This document shows, piece by piece, positions 29,427 through 39,882 of a stretch of DNA of 64,000 bases. Numbering within the stretch: position 1 is the first letter of the stretch; each line of letters begins with the position of its first letter. The notes under the pieces are model-generated. The model did no database searches. It was not told where the DNA came from and was given only the letters and a program-made list of their open reading frames with translations. Source of the stretch: Bacteroidota bacterium (GTDB lineage Bacteria > Bacteroidota > Bacteroidia > Cytophagales > Spirosomataceae); the NCBI GenBank assembly GCA_041157105.1, contig JBEBDF010000002.1, positions 2,494 to 66,493 on the forward strand. The letters are read 5' to 3'. Position numbers and translations under genes: made by a program.

Positions 29427-30767
29427 ATGAACATTTCACTTAACAAGGCAGGAGATTTAGAAGGTCGTTTAACCGTGGCAGTTTCACCAGCAGACTATGC
29501 GGAAAAAGTAGAGGCTAAATTGAAAGATTACCGCAAAAAAGCTTCCATCAAAGGATTCCGTCCAGGAATGGTTCCAGCTGCGCTTGTGAAGAAATTATAT
29601 GGTCAATCTGCTTTAGTAGACGAGATTAACCACTTATTAGGTCATGCGGTTTCTGATTATATCAAAGAAAACAAATTGAATCTAGTAGGAGAGCCTTTGC
29701 CAGCAGTTGAAGAGGCAGATGCAATCGACTGGGAAAAAGATACGGAATTTACATTCCACTATGATTTGGGTTTCCACGGTGATTTTAAAGTGGATTTGGC
29801 CAAAATCAAAGCTATCGCTTCTTACGAAATCAAAGCAGACAAGAAGGAAATCGAAGAAACGATTGAGAACTTGAAGAAGCAATTTGGTGATCAAACACAC
29901 CCAGATTCAGTAGAAGACCGCGATTTAGTATTCGGTACTTTCACGCAAGGGGAGTGGGTAGAGAAATCAGCTATCCCCATGCACGCGATTAACGACAAGT
30001 CGAAGAAAGTGTTCATCGGAGCGAAGAAAGACGATACATTGAAATTTGCGATTGATAAAGTGTTCGTAGATGCGAAGGCATTAGCTTTAGCGACTGGAAA
30101 GAAAGAAGATGAGGTAGCTGATTTGAAAGGAGAGGTTTCATTCGTAGTAGAAGATATTACACGTCAAGTTCCTTCAGAATTAAATGTAGCATTTTTTGAC
30201 AAGGTATTAGGTGCAGGAAAAGCGACAGATGAGAAGTCATTCCGTGCACAGGTAGAAACCATTGTAACGGAAAACTACAAGCGTGAGGCAGAATACTTGT
30301 TGCGTATTGATGCAGAGAAAGCCATTTTAGACGCTGTGAAAATCGACCTGCCAGAAAAATTCTTACGCACTTGGTTAATTCGTATCAACGAAGGTAAGTT
30401 TACACCGGAGCAAATTGATCAAGACTTTGATAATGTGAAGAAAGACATGCGTTGGAACTTGATCAAGAACGAAATCGCTGAGAAATTCGATGTAAAAGTA
30501 GAATATCCAGAAGTAGTCGAGAAGGCGAAAGATATGGTACGCGCACAATTTGGCGGTTATTTATCATCTAATGAGCCAGGTATCGAAGAAATGATTGAGA
30601 AAATCGCGATGGGTTACTTGAGCGATAAGTCGAAGTCAGATAACTTCATGAACTTATACAATCAAGCGTTTGCTGATAAAGTTTCAGCTGCGATTGTAGC
30701 TAACGTTCCTCACAAAGTGACGAAAATCGACGTAGACAAATTTAAAGAAATCGCTGCGGCGCTTTAA
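29427..30767 (+). CDS. tig: Trigger factor
   Basis: IKGFRPGMVP ribosome-binding signature; tRNA-Leu-tig-clpP-clpX synteny. Confidence 0.95.
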   Translation: MNISLNKAGDLEGRLTVAVSPADYAEKVEAKLKDYRKKASIKGFRPGMVPAALVKKLYGQSALVDEINHLLGHAVSDYIKENKLNLVGEPLPAVEEADAIDWEKDTEFTFHYDLGFHGDFKVDLAKIKAIASYEIKADKKEIEETIENLKKQFGDQTHPDSVEDRDLVFGTFTQGEWVEKSAIPMHAINDKSKKVFIGAKKDDTLKFAIDKVFVDAKALALATGKKEDEVADLKGEVSFVVEDITRQVPSELNVAFFDKVLGAGKATDEKSFRAQVETIVTENYKREAEYLLRIDAEKAILDAVKIDLPEKFLRTWLIRINEGKFTPEQIDQDFDNVKKDMRWNLIKNEIAEKFDVKVEYPEVVEKAKDMVRAQFGGYLSSNEPGIEEMIEKIAMGYLSDKSKSDNFMNLYNQAFADKVSAAIVANVPHKVTKIDVDKFKEIAAAL

Positions 30768-30792
30768 TTTTAAATTAGTCCTGATAATTTTT

Positions 30793-30819
30793 GAAAGCCC
30801 CGCTCTGTGCGGGGTTTTC
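30793..30819 (+). terminator. Intrinsic terminator after tig
   Basis: GAAAGCCCCGC-TCTGT-GCGGGGTTTTC. Confidence 0.8.
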
Positions 30820-30891
30820 TGTGAACAAAGGTTTGTATATTTGTGTTCTACCTATTAAAAGTAGAAATTTGATTCTTAAACATTGAAAACT

Positions 30892-31599
30892 ATGTATCCA
30901 AAGGAGTTATCATCAGAAGAGTTTCGTAAGTATGCGGTTCACCACAGAGGTTTGAACGGTCTTGCAGTTGATCAATATATGAATAACATCGGCAGTCGCC
31001 CGGTGCCCCAAATCGACGATATGACACAATACATCATTGAGGAGCGCCCAATGCGTTTTGCTCAAATCGATGTATTCTCTCGTTTAATTATGGATCGCAT
31101 CATCTTTATGGGTGTTCCAGTAGATGATTATATGGCAAATATCATTGTGGCTCAATTATTATTTATGGAGTCTACAGATGCAAAGAAAGACATCGTGATG
31201 TATATCAATAGCCCAGGTGGATCAGTTTACGCTGGTTTAGGTATCTACGATACGATGAATTATATCCGTCCAGAGGTGGCTACTGTTTGTACTTCTCTTG
31301 CAGCTTCGATGGGAGCGGTTTTATTAGCAGGTGGTGCAGCTGGAAAGCGTTCTGCTTTAGAACATGCGCGTGTGATGATTCACCAACCTTCCGGTGGTGC
31401 ACAAGGCCAATCGCGTGACATCGAAATTACAGCGCGCGAAATCGTGAAGATTCGCCAAGAATTATATGAAATATTAGCGAAGCACTCTGGAAAATCATTC
31501 GAAGATATCGAGCGCGATTCGGATCGTGACTATTGGATGAAAGCGGCTGAGGCGAAAGAATATGGTTTAATTGACGAGATTTTAACAAGAACTGTCTAG
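30892..31599 (+). CDS. clpP: ATP-dependent Clp protease proteolytic subunit
   Basis: DVFSRL, YINSPGG, AASMG, MIHQP, SDRD. TATATTTG promoter box at 30836-30843; start could be TTG 30883. Confidence 0.96.
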   Translation: MYPKELSSEEFRKYAVHHRGLNGLAVDQYMNNIGSRPVPQIDDMTQYIIEERPMRFAQIDVFSRLIMDRIIFMGVPVDDYMANIIVAQLLFMESTDAKKDIVMYINSPGGSVYAGLGIYDTMNYIRPEVATVCTSLAASMGAVLLAGGAAGKRSALEHARVMIHQPSGGAQGQSRDIEITAREIVKIRQELYEILAKHSGKSFEDIERDSDRDYWMKAAEAKEYGLIDEILTRTV

Positions 31600-32843
31600 T
31601 GGCTAGTAAAAAAACAAGTTGTTCCTTCTGCGGTCGTCCTAAAAACGAGGTAGGTTTATTGCTTTCTGGTATTGATGGCCACATTTGCAATAACTGCTTG
31701 CAACAGGGATACGAGGTGGTGAAAGAGGAGATGGGTGTAGCAGCTCAAGCGAAAGCGGGTACGAAACACTCCTTCGAATTAGTGAAGCCGAAGGATTTGA
31801 AAGAATATTTAGATGGCTATATCATCGGACAGGAAGAAGCAAAAAAGCACCTTTCTGTGGCGGTTTATAACCACTACAAGCGTTTAATGCAGGCTCCTTC
31901 GAATGACGATGTCAAGATCGAGAAGTCGAATATCCTGATGGTAGGCGAGACGGGAACGGGTAAAACCTATTTAGCTCGCACCCTAGCCCAAAAATTACAA
32001 GTCCCTTTCTGCATCGCGGATGCCACCGTAATTACGGAGGCAGGTTATGTAGGGGAAGATGTGGAAACGATTTTAACACGATTACTTCAAGCGGCGAATT
32101 ATGACGTGGAGAAGGCAGAATGTGGCATCGTTTTCATCGATGAGATTGATAAAATTGCGCGCAAATCTGACAATCCATCCATCACGCGTGATGTGTCCGG
32201 AGAAGGGGTACAGCAGGCTTTATTGAAATTATTAGAAGGTTCGATAGTGAACGTTCCGCCTCAAGGAGGTCGTAAGCATCCAGACCAAAAGATGATTGCT
32301 GTCAACACGGAGAACATTTTATTCATTTGTGGTGGTGCCTTTGATGGCATCGATCGCCACATTGCGAAGCGCTTGAATTCGCGTCCGATTGGATTCTCAG
32401 GAGATGATACCTTCCACGAGTCATTCGAGAAGGACCAAATTATGAAGTATGTAACGGCACAGGATTTAAAATCATTCGGTCTAATCCCAGAATTACTTGG
32501 CCGTCTTCCCGTTGTTACCTACTTGAACCCATTGGATACTACAGCTATGTTATCGATTTTAACGGAGCCTAAAAACGCATTAGTAAAGCAATACGAGAAG
32601 CTTTTCGATATGGAAGGTGTTTCGTTGACTTTTCAGCATGAAGCTCTCGTGTACATGGTAGAACAAGCGATGCAATTTAAATTAGGCGCGCGTGGTTTAC
32701 GTTCAATCATGGAAGCTGTGATGATAGATGCCATGTATGAAATTCCATCCCAAACTGAATTAAAGAAATTCGAGGTGGATGTTAATTATGCCAAGTCTAA
32801 GTTCGAACGAACGGTATTCCATCAGATGAAAGTAGTCGCTTAA
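31599..32843 (+). CDS. clpX: ATP-dependent Clp protease ATP-binding subunit
   Basis: CSFC...CNNC zinc finger, [22 protein letters not shown] loop. Confidence 0.97.
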   Translation: MASKKTSCSFCGRPKNEVGLLLSGIDGHICNNCLQQGYEVVKEEMGVAAQAKAGTKHSFELVKPKDLKEYLDGYIIGQEEAKKHLSVAVYNHYKRLMQAPSNDDVKIEKSNILMVGETGTGKTYLARTLAQKLQVPFCIADATVITEAGYVGEDVETILTRLLQAANYDVEKAECGIVFIDEIDKIARKSDNPSITRDVSGEGVQQALLKLLEGSIVNVPPQGGRKHPDQKMIAVNTENILFICGGAFDGIDRHIAKRLNSRPIGFSGDDTFHESFEKDQIMKYVTAQDLKSFGLIPELLGRLPVVTYLNPLDTTAMLSILTEPKNALVKQYEKLFDMEGVSLTFQHEALVYMVEQAMQFKLGARGLRSIMEAVMIDAMYEIPSQTELKKFEVDVNYAKSKFERTVFHQMKVVA

Positions 32844-32844
32844 T

Positions 32845-33537
32845 ATGCTAGCTACTCAGCTCGTATTTTTGCACGGATTTGGAGAAGATGAACGGGTATG
32901 GTCAGATTTTTTGCCTAATTATACCTGGTCATTCCCCTCTATTTGTCCCTCGTATGCGGAATGGACGGATTGTCCTACGCTAGCAGATTACGCCCGTAAA
33001 ATCGTTTCTTCTCTTCCCCTAAGTAGTGATTTCATTCTAGTGGGTCATTCTATGGGTGGGTATATTGCCTTAGAAATAGCCTCTCAATTTCCAGAAAGAG
33101 TCAAGAAAGTCGTGATGCTACACTCTACTTTTTTGGCGGACACACAGGAAAAGAAAATCAATCGAGATCGAACGGCTGATTTATTAGCTAAAAAAGGAAC
33201 TGGATTTTTTATCGGGCCTTTCTTACCTAATTTGTTTGCTTCAGCAACTCAAGAACTCATTTCTACACTAGCCTCCAGGTACCGAGAATTATCCGCTGCT
33301 GGATTAATTGCCGCGACCAAGGCGATGCGGAATCGAAAAGATTTTACCACATTTATTCAAACTACTGATATACCCGTCCTATTTATCTTGGGAGAACAAG
33401 ACGCCTTGATTTCTCCGGAGTCTATTACTCGGTTTGTAACGAAATCGGTTGTAATTTTGTCAAACGTAGGTCATCAAGGTACCTATGAAGCGCCCGAAGC
33501 CGTTGCAGAGGCAATTAATCAATTTGTGCATGTCTGA
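32845..33537 (+). CDS. Alpha/beta fold hydrolase
   Basis: LHGF, GHSMGG nucleophile elbow, GEQD, VGH. Confidence 0.9.
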   Translation: MLATQLVFLHGFGEDERVWSDFLPNYTWSFPSICPSYAEWTDCPTLADYARKIVSSLPLSSDFILVGHSMGGYIALEIASQFPERVKKVVMLHSTFLADTQEKKINRDRTADLLAKKGTGFFIGPFLPNLFASATQELISTLASRYRELSAAGLIAATKAMRNRKDFTTFIQTTDIPVLFILGEQDALISPESITRFVTKSVVILSNVGHQGTYEAPEAVAEAINQFVHV

Positions 33538-34216
33538 TATAATCATTGCCTTAGATGGCTTCTCTTCTTGTGGAAAAAGTACAACGGCACGCCATGTGGC
33601 GGCTTCCTTGCATTATGCTTTTTTAGATTCAGGTGCGATGTACCGGGCGGTGGCACTCTATTTTGATCGCCAAAATGTGGATTTGAAAAATTTAGAGGCT
33701 GTTAAAGAGGCGCTCGGCCATATCGAAATCACTTTTCAATTCAATCCTGCAAAACAGGCTTCTGATACCATTTTAAATGGGGAAAATGTCGAGGCAGAGA
33801 TTCGAAAAATGCATATATCTGATTTAGTGAGCCAAGTGGCTGCAATTCCAGAGGTACGACATGCGATGGTGGCTCAACAACAAAAAATGGGGGAGAAGAA
33901 GGGGATTGTCATGGACGGTCGCGATATTGGAACAGTTGTATTTCCTAACGCCGAATTAAAGATATTTATGACTGCAGAGCCACATATTCGAGCTCAGAGA
34001 CGCAAATTGGAGCTTTTACAAAAGGGCGAAGATCTTCCTCTGGAAGAAATAATCGAGAACTTGCGCAAAAGAGATGAGATTGATTCGAATCGAAGCGAAG
34101 GCCCATTAAAACGTGCTGCAGATGCCATTGATTTAGATACCTCTTATCGGACCATGGATGAGCAAGTAGAGTTTGTATTAGATCACGTTCGACGCGTGCA
34201 AGGTGAAAAACGATAA
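33530..34216 (+). CDS. cmk: Cytidylate kinase
   Basis: DGFSSCGKST, DSGAMYRA, MDGRDIGTVVFP. Confidence 0.95.
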   Translation: MSDIIIALDGFSSCGKSTTARHVAASLHYAFLDSGAMYRAVALYFDRQNVDLKNLEAVKEALGHIEITFQFNPAKQASDTILNGENVEAEIRKMHISDLVSQVAAIPEVRHAMVAQQQKMGEKKGIVMDGRDIGTVVFPNAELKIFMTAEPHIRAQRRKLELLQKGEDLPLEEIIENLRKRDEIDSNRSEGPLKRAADAIDLDTSYRTMDEQVEFVLDHVRRVQGEKR

Positions 34217-35177
34217 TCCTTTTATCATCGTAGGCCAGGGTCTAGCTGGCACCATTTTAGCACACCATTTTTTGGAGGCAGAAATATCTTTTCAAATTTG
34301 GGATTCGCCTCAGACACATTTTAATTCGTCTAAAGCCGCTGGTGGCATTTTCAATCCGGTTACTGGCCGAAAATTAGAACAAACCTGGCTCGCAGATGAG
34401 TTATTTACTTACCTTTTTGAATTTTACCCTCGATTAGAGAAAACGTTAAATACGCGTTTCTTTTTCCCCATGCCGCTATTTCGCCCCTTTGCGAATGAGG
34501 AGATGAAGACCTGGCTGGTAGATCGGAAAGACCAAATACACCACAATTATTTACGTTGGGAATCGGAGGGTGTTTGGGTAGAAAAAGCGGGTTGGGTCGA
34601 TGTAGCCACTTTATTGCAGGCATCTCGTGCGTATTTTTCCTCCATAGGTATACTGAAAGAAGCTGAGTATACGGATTTTCAGGCTATCTTTTGTGAAGGA
34701 TTCCATGCGCAACAAAATCCACTTTGGTCTTGTTTACCTTTTTTACCTGCAAAGGGAGAATTGATGGAAGTTCGCTCTAAAGAACTACCTCAGGATTATA
34801 TTTTAAATAAAAATGGTTTCTTGTTGCCCTTAGGGGAACAGAAATTTAAGGTGGGTGCGACCTATGCTTGGAAAGAATATACAAACAAAACTACACCGCA
34901 GGCCTTGGCTGAGTTAACAGATAAATTAGGTTTAATGGGTTGTAATCAATTCGAATTAATTGAACAAAAAACGGGTATTAGGCCCGCTACCCAAGATCGT
35001 CGACCATTTATAGGTTTTCATCCAAGTAAACAATCGGGTATATTTAACGGTTTTGGATCAAAAGGAGTGTCTTTGGCGCCTTATTTTGCCAAACAATGGA
35101 CCAGTGAAATCTTAGGAAAATCTTCTGTTCATGTAGAGGCATCAATTCGGCGTTTTTATCATTTATTTTCCGTTTAA
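34203..35177 (+). CDS. FAD-dependent oxidoreductase (DAO family)
   Basis: GQGLAG, SSKAAGG, KGE, GIRP, NGFGSKG. Confidence 0.85.
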   Translation: MKNDNPFIIVGQGLAGTILAHHFLEAEISFQIWDSPQTHFNSSKAAGGIFNPVTGRKLEQTWLADELFTYLFEFYPRLEKTLNTRFFFPMPLFRPFANEEMKTWLVDRKDQIHHNYLRWESEGVWVEKAGWVDVATLLQASRAYFSSIGILKEAEYTDFQAIFCEGFHAQQNPLWSCLPFLPAKGELMEVRSKELPQDYILNKNGFLLPLGEQKFKVGATYAWKEYTNKTTPQALAELTDKLGLMGCNQFELIEQKTGIRPATQDRRPFIGFHPSKQSGIFNGFGSKGVSLAPYFAKQWTSEILGKSSVHVEASIRRFYHLFSV

Positions 35178-35211
35178 ATCTGTAAATTTGGTTTTAAAGT
35201 CTTTTGGCTAA

Positions 35212-38200
35212 ATGCGTAATTTAAATTCTTTTTTCGCAATCTTCTTGTTCTTGTCTTTTGGCTTAACCAAGCTATATGGACAAGATTCGCAATGGATTCC
35301 AGAGAATCATCGGATTCAATACCAAAATTTCCAATGGAATTACATCAGTAGCTCCAATTTTGAGGTGTTTTATTTTGATAAAAATGAAGCTTTAGCAAAA
35401 TCGACGTTAACGTATCTTGAGTCAGATAATAGCCGAATAACGGAGATTCTAAGTTATACGCCTTATCAAAAGGTGAAGATTTTTTTATATCCAAATCACG
35501 AAACCTGGTTACAAAGTAATAGCGGTATCTCATTAGCTAATTCAGCTGATGTGGCAGAAGAGAATTTAGCTAAATTTAGAATTGAGGTAGCTTTTAAAGA
35601 TAATTTAGGCGCATTTAAACAGGAGATTACGAAGCAAATTGTACGTGTATATTTACATGATTTATTGTTTGGAGGTAGTGTGAAGGATGTACTACAAAAC
35701 TCTTTATTATTAAATGTGTCAGATTGGTTTGTTTTAGGCATGTCTGCTTACTTAGCTTCAGGAGATTCACCTGAAATGAGACGTTTTACCTATCAAATCA
35801 TAAGTGAGAATAAAATTAGAAGGCTACAGGTAGCTACAGGTGCAGAGGCTGAATTGCTAGGTCAATCCATTTGGTCCTATATTGCAAATACCTATGGAAA
35901 ACAGGCAATAGGTAATATTCTGAATTTAACTCGGATTATTAGAAGTGAACAATCAAGTTTATCTAGTACCATAAGAAAACCATTTTCTAAATTTTTAAAG
36001 GATTGGTATGAGTATTATTTGAATGATGCAAAAAATTTAGAAATCGCTACTTCTAAGGTTTTTCCTTCCTCTTTTTATTTGCCTCCATCGAATCAAATTA
36101 ACTCTTTTCAGGCAAGTCCTGATGGACTTTTTGAGGCTTTTGTCACAGATGAATTTGGCAGATATAAGGTCTATTTACATAACGTGGCCACGGATAAACT
36201 GCAATTACTTCAACAAACTGGATTAAAGGATTTAAATCGTACTTCTGAAGGGAAAGGGCCTTTAATTTCTTGGAGTGGAAATAATAGGCTTTCTGTTCTA
36301 TTTAACGAGCAAGGATTTACTTGGATGAAGAACTATCAGGTTAATAAAGGAGGGAACTATACTTCTGAGCCAAAATTAAAAATTGCCAATTTGTCTTACC
36401 TAGATATGAAAGTATCCTCCAATGGGACAAAGGCACTAGTACGTGTTTTAGAAAAAGGTCAAGTTGATTTAGGGATTTATGATTTGAAGCGGAATAAGTT
36501 AAATCTACTTACTAAAGATGCTTATAATGAAACGGAGGCCCATTGGATGCCAGATAATCGGGTGATTTATGTAACGGATCGGTATATAGATTCATTGCCT
36601 TCTCCACCTTCACCCATTTCTTCTTTGTTTGTTTGGAATCCAGATGAACCAGAAAATCCAACCAGGTTATTCTCAACCTCTGGAAAGGTATTTAATTTTA
36701 AGCTTCAGTCAGATTCAGTAGCTTATTTTTTACATAATCAGGCAAACGGACCTCGGTTAATTCGTTTTCATATGGCTGATACTACTTTTAGACAATCTAG
36801 AGTTAGAACGGTTGCTTGGCAAAATTTCGAATGGACATCTAAAGGTGTTTATGCGCTAGAAAGAAATATTGTAACGGATAACATTCAACGCTACACAGAA
36901 ACAAGTCTTGAAGAATATCTTGGTTCTGAATGGATTCCCAAGATCAACATGGTAAATCCGACAACAATTATTGAACAAGAAGTCGCTTCCTTTGAAACAG
37001 ATGCTGCGAAAAAGGCAAGAAAAGCTAGATTGGATCGACAACTTTCTATTCGACTTAAAAGAGAGCCTGGTAAGATGGTGGGTCCCTTAGCCTATCAAAA
37101 TTCTTTTGTATTTAATAGTTCCCAAGGACAATTTAAATCAGATCCCATCAGAGGTATAGGCTACGCCTATGAGCTGAAAGCAAATGATTTATTAGAGAAT
37201 CACTTATTTAAGGCCGGTGCATTTCTGACGGCTAACTTACTTAATTCAGATATCTGGGGAGAATATGCTTATCTAGCCAATAAATTAGATTGGAAATTCC
37301 GATACGATCGAAAGGTTTTAGGTCAAGATACAGAGAATGATTCTCAAAAAATTCGTTTTAATCGATTTGCTTTAACAGCCTCTTATCCATTTAGTTTATT
37401 GAGTCGAATATCTGTGACTGGTTTATATTCAACTAATCGATTATTTAACCAAGTATCACTCGTTACTCCTGAGGAATATTCAGGTTTTGCTGGTGCATTA
37501 ATTTCTTACGAAGTAGATAATACCGTTCAGGCAGGGGATAATCTTAGAACAGGATATCGAATTAATGCGACTCTTGAAGCTCAAAAGGATATGGTTATGT
37601 CGGGAGAATTTGTTCGAATCGGATTTGATGCTCGCTATTACAAGAAACTTTCAAATACCTTTTATTTTGCTACTCGTTTCTCCTCTTCTCATCAATTGGG
37701 AAGTAGGACCCAGGCCTCTATGTTAGGAGGGATGGATAATTGGTTTTTTAATAGACGAGATGAGCGTGCACAAGAAACTCCCTTGGGACTGGATGGACTT
37801 GCAAGGCGGGATGTATTTATGAGTAATTTCATTGCTCCATTGCGTGGATTTGCTTTGAATAAACTAAGTGGTAATAGTCATTTATTGTTTAATGCAGAAA
37901 TCAGGATTCCTGTGAAGTCTATTATGCCTTCAGAATCTTCCAGCTTACTAAATTCGGTTCAACTCGTTGGTTTCACAGATGTTGGAACAGCTTGGACAGG
38001 ATCTAGTCCTTTTGAGAAATCCAATGGATTTAATACGAATGTGTATGGCGGAAAAACGAATCCATTCATTGCTACTGTGACTGATTTTAGAAATCCATTT
38101 TTAGTAGGTTATGGAATTGGAGCTAGGGCTGTTATTTTTGGCTATTTTGTTAAATTTGATTACGCCTTTGGAATTGAAAATAAAGAAGTAAAGTCTCCTC

Positions 38201-38232
38201 TAACGTATCTGACACTAGGATATGATTTTTAA
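35212..38232 (+). CDS. Large outer-membrane protein: degenerate zincin-like N-domain, TolB/PD40-like propeller, Omp85-like barrel
   Basis: Signal peptide, DWFVLGMSAY, SPDG repeat, PLRGF, NAEIRIP, FTDVGTAW, terminal LGYDF. TAAATTTG box at 35183-35190. Confidence 0.7.
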   Translation: MRNLNSFFAIFLFLSFGLTKLYGQDSQWIPENHRIQYQNFQWNYISSSNFEVFYFDKNEALAKSTLTYLESDNSRITEILSYTPYQKVKIFLYPNHETWLQSNSGISLANSADVAEENLAKFRIEVAFKDNLGAFKQEITKQIVRVYLHDLLFGGSVKDVLQNSLLLNVSDWFVLGMSAYLASGDSPEMRRFTYQIISENKIRRLQVATGAEAELLGQSIWSYIANTYGKQAIGNILNLTRIIRSEQSSLSSTIRKPFSKFLKDWYEYYLNDAKNLEIATSKVFPSSFYLPPSNQINSFQASPDGLFEAFVTDEFGRYKVYLHNVATDKLQLLQQTGLKDLNRTSEGKGPLISWSGNNRLSVLFNEQGFTWMKNYQVNKGGNYTSEPKLKIANLSYLDMKVSSNGTKALVRVLEKGQVDLGIYDLKRNKLNLLTKDAYNETEAHWMPDNRVIYVTDRYIDSLPSPPSPISSLFVWNPDEPENPTRLFSTSGKVFNFKLQSDSVAYFLHNQANGPRLIRFHMADTTFRQSRVRTVAWQNFEWTSKGVYALERNIVTDNIQRYTETSLEEYLGSEWIPKINMVNPTTIIEQEVASFETDAAKKARKARLDRQLSIRLKREPGKMVGPLAYQNSFVFNSSQGQFKSDPIRGIGYAYELKANDLLENHLFKAGAFLTANLLNSDIWGEYAYLANKLDWKFRYDRKVLGQDTENDSQKIRFNRFALTASYPFSLLSRISVTGLYSTNRLFNQVSLVTPEEYSGFAGALISYEVDNTVQAGDNLRTGYRINATLEAQKDMVMSGEFVRIGFDARYYKKLSNTFYFATRFSSSHQLGSRTQASMLGGMDNWFFNRRDERAQETPLGLDGLARRDVFMSNFIAPLRGFALNKLSGNSHLLFNAEIRIPVKSIMPSESSSLLNSVQLVGFTDVGTAWTGSSPFEKSNGFNTNVYGGKTNPFIATVTDFRNPFLVGYGIGARAVIFGYFVKFDYAFGIENKEVKSPLTYLTLGYDF

Positions 38233-39882
38233 ATGATCAAAAAAATATTTTTTCTTTTATTTATCCCTTGGACACTTTTTTCTCAAAGTCTTAGTATATC
38301 TAATTTGCCAATCATAAGAATAAGCACCAAGGGTCGGGTCATAAAGGATGAACCTAAGGTTCCGGTGGTTTTCGATCTTTTTGATAATGGACCAGGCAAA
38401 CTGAATCAAGTTTCTAACACGCCTACCTTAAGCACAATAGCAGGAGTTGAATACCGAGGTTCAACCTCTCAGGCTGATTTTTATTTTTTACCCGGATTAG
38501 TCAAAAAACCATATGGAATTGAACTATGGACTGACACAAGTGGGGTGACTGTAAAAAATCTTTCTCTTGTTCAAATGCCATTGGAATCGGATTGGGTATT
38601 AAATGCCTCTTACAATGACCGATCATTTATGCGTGATTTTTTAGCCCAAAAGCTAGCAGGCAGTTTCGGTTTATTAAATTCAAAATCAAAATTTGTCGAA
38701 CTAATTGTTAACGAGGAATACAATGGGGTTTATTTATTATTGGAAAAGATTAAGCAAGGGAAAAATAGGGTACCTATAGCAGATTTAACTCCGACAGAAA
38801 ATGCTGGCGATAATCTAACTGGAGGCTACTTGTTGAAGATTGATAAAAATAGTGGCTCCCCTTCTCCTTCTTGGAAAAGTAATTATACCTCGGGAATATT
38901 AGCTACACAAAAGACAGAGTTTCAAATAGAATACCCTAAATATGGAATCATTACTCAGACCCAAATAAATTATATTAAAAATTATATTAATAATTGGGAG
39001 CAAAAATTAATGACTGAGAACATAAATGATCCAAACGCTAGTTTTCGTAATTTCATGGACGTGCCGTCTTTCGTTAATTTCTTCATTTTAAATGAAGTAA
39101 CTCGCAATGTGGATGGATTCAGGTTAAGTACTTACTTGTACAAAGACAAGGAATCTGTGGGTGGCAAGATAAAGATGGGGCCCGCCTGGGATTTTAATAT
39201 TGCTTTTGGTAATGCTGATTATTTGAATGGTTGGAAGACAGATGGATTTGTGTATAAATCGTTAGAGAATGATGGGGGCAAGAATGATTATTGGCAAGTA
39301 CCTTTTTGGTGGAATAAATTGATACAAGATGCAAGTTTTCGTAAAGCATTGGCAACCCGATGGAAGGCTGTACGCGCCAGTTTTTTAAACACAAAATCAA
39401 TTTATGCCACAATCGATTCTGCGCAGGTCGCTCTGAAGGATCCGCTTACAAGAAATTTTCAAAAATTCCCTTTAATGGGCAAGAAAATATGGCCTAATTA
39501 TTATGTAGGCGCCACTTTGAGCGATGAGGTAAACTGGTTGAAAAATTGGATCCAGGGACGTCTAACTTGGTTAGATGCCCAAATGGCCCTCTTTGATAGT
39601 CCAATATTGGCAGTTCGCGAAGAAAATCCGTCTGCTATCGTATTTCCTAATCCGTCTTCGTCCGGAATTTTTCAATGGAAATTTAGTTTAGATAAACCAT
39701 CCCTTGTGACCTATTTTATCTCAGATGTAATGGGTCGCATGATTTTTTCCCCTAAAAGCGCTAATTTTGGGTCAGGCGAGCAAATTCAATCGTTGGATTT
39801 GTCTACGTATCCTCCTGGTACTTACCTTTTCTTTTGGAAAACGGATGAAGGTGAAGTACAGCAAATCAAAATTTTACGTTAA
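38233..39882 (+). CDS. CotH kinase family protein with T9SS type A C-terminal sorting domain
   Basis: RGSTS, KKPY, DRSFMRD, YNGVYLLLE, NVDG, GPAWDFN; CTD VFPNP...GTYL...KILR. Confidence 0.88.
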   Translation: MIKKIFFLLFIPWTLFSQSLSISNLPIIRISTKGRVIKDEPKVPVVFDLFDNGPGKLNQVSNTPTLSTIAGVEYRGSTSQADFYFLPGLVKKPYGIELWTDTSGVTVKNLSLVQMPLESDWVLNASYNDRSFMRDFLAQKLAGSFGLLNSKSKFVELIVNEEYNGVYLLLEKIKQGKNRVPIADLTPTENAGDNLTGGYLLKIDKNSGSPSPSWKSNYTSGILATQKTEFQIEYPKYGIITQTQINYIKNYINNWEQKLMTENINDPNASFRNFMDVPSFVNFFILNEVTRNVDGFRLSTYLYKDKESVGGKIKMGPAWDFNIAFGNADYLNGWKTDGFVYKSLENDGGKNDYWQVPFWWNKLIQDASFRKALATRWKAVRASFLNTKSIYATIDSAQVALKDPLTRNFQKFPLMGKKIWPNYYVGATLSDEVNWLKNWIQGRLTWLDAQMALFDSPILAVREENPSAIVFPNPSSSGIFQWKFSLDKPSLVTYFISDVMGRMIFSPKSANFGSGEQIQSLDLSTYPPGTYLFFWKTDEGEVQQIKILR

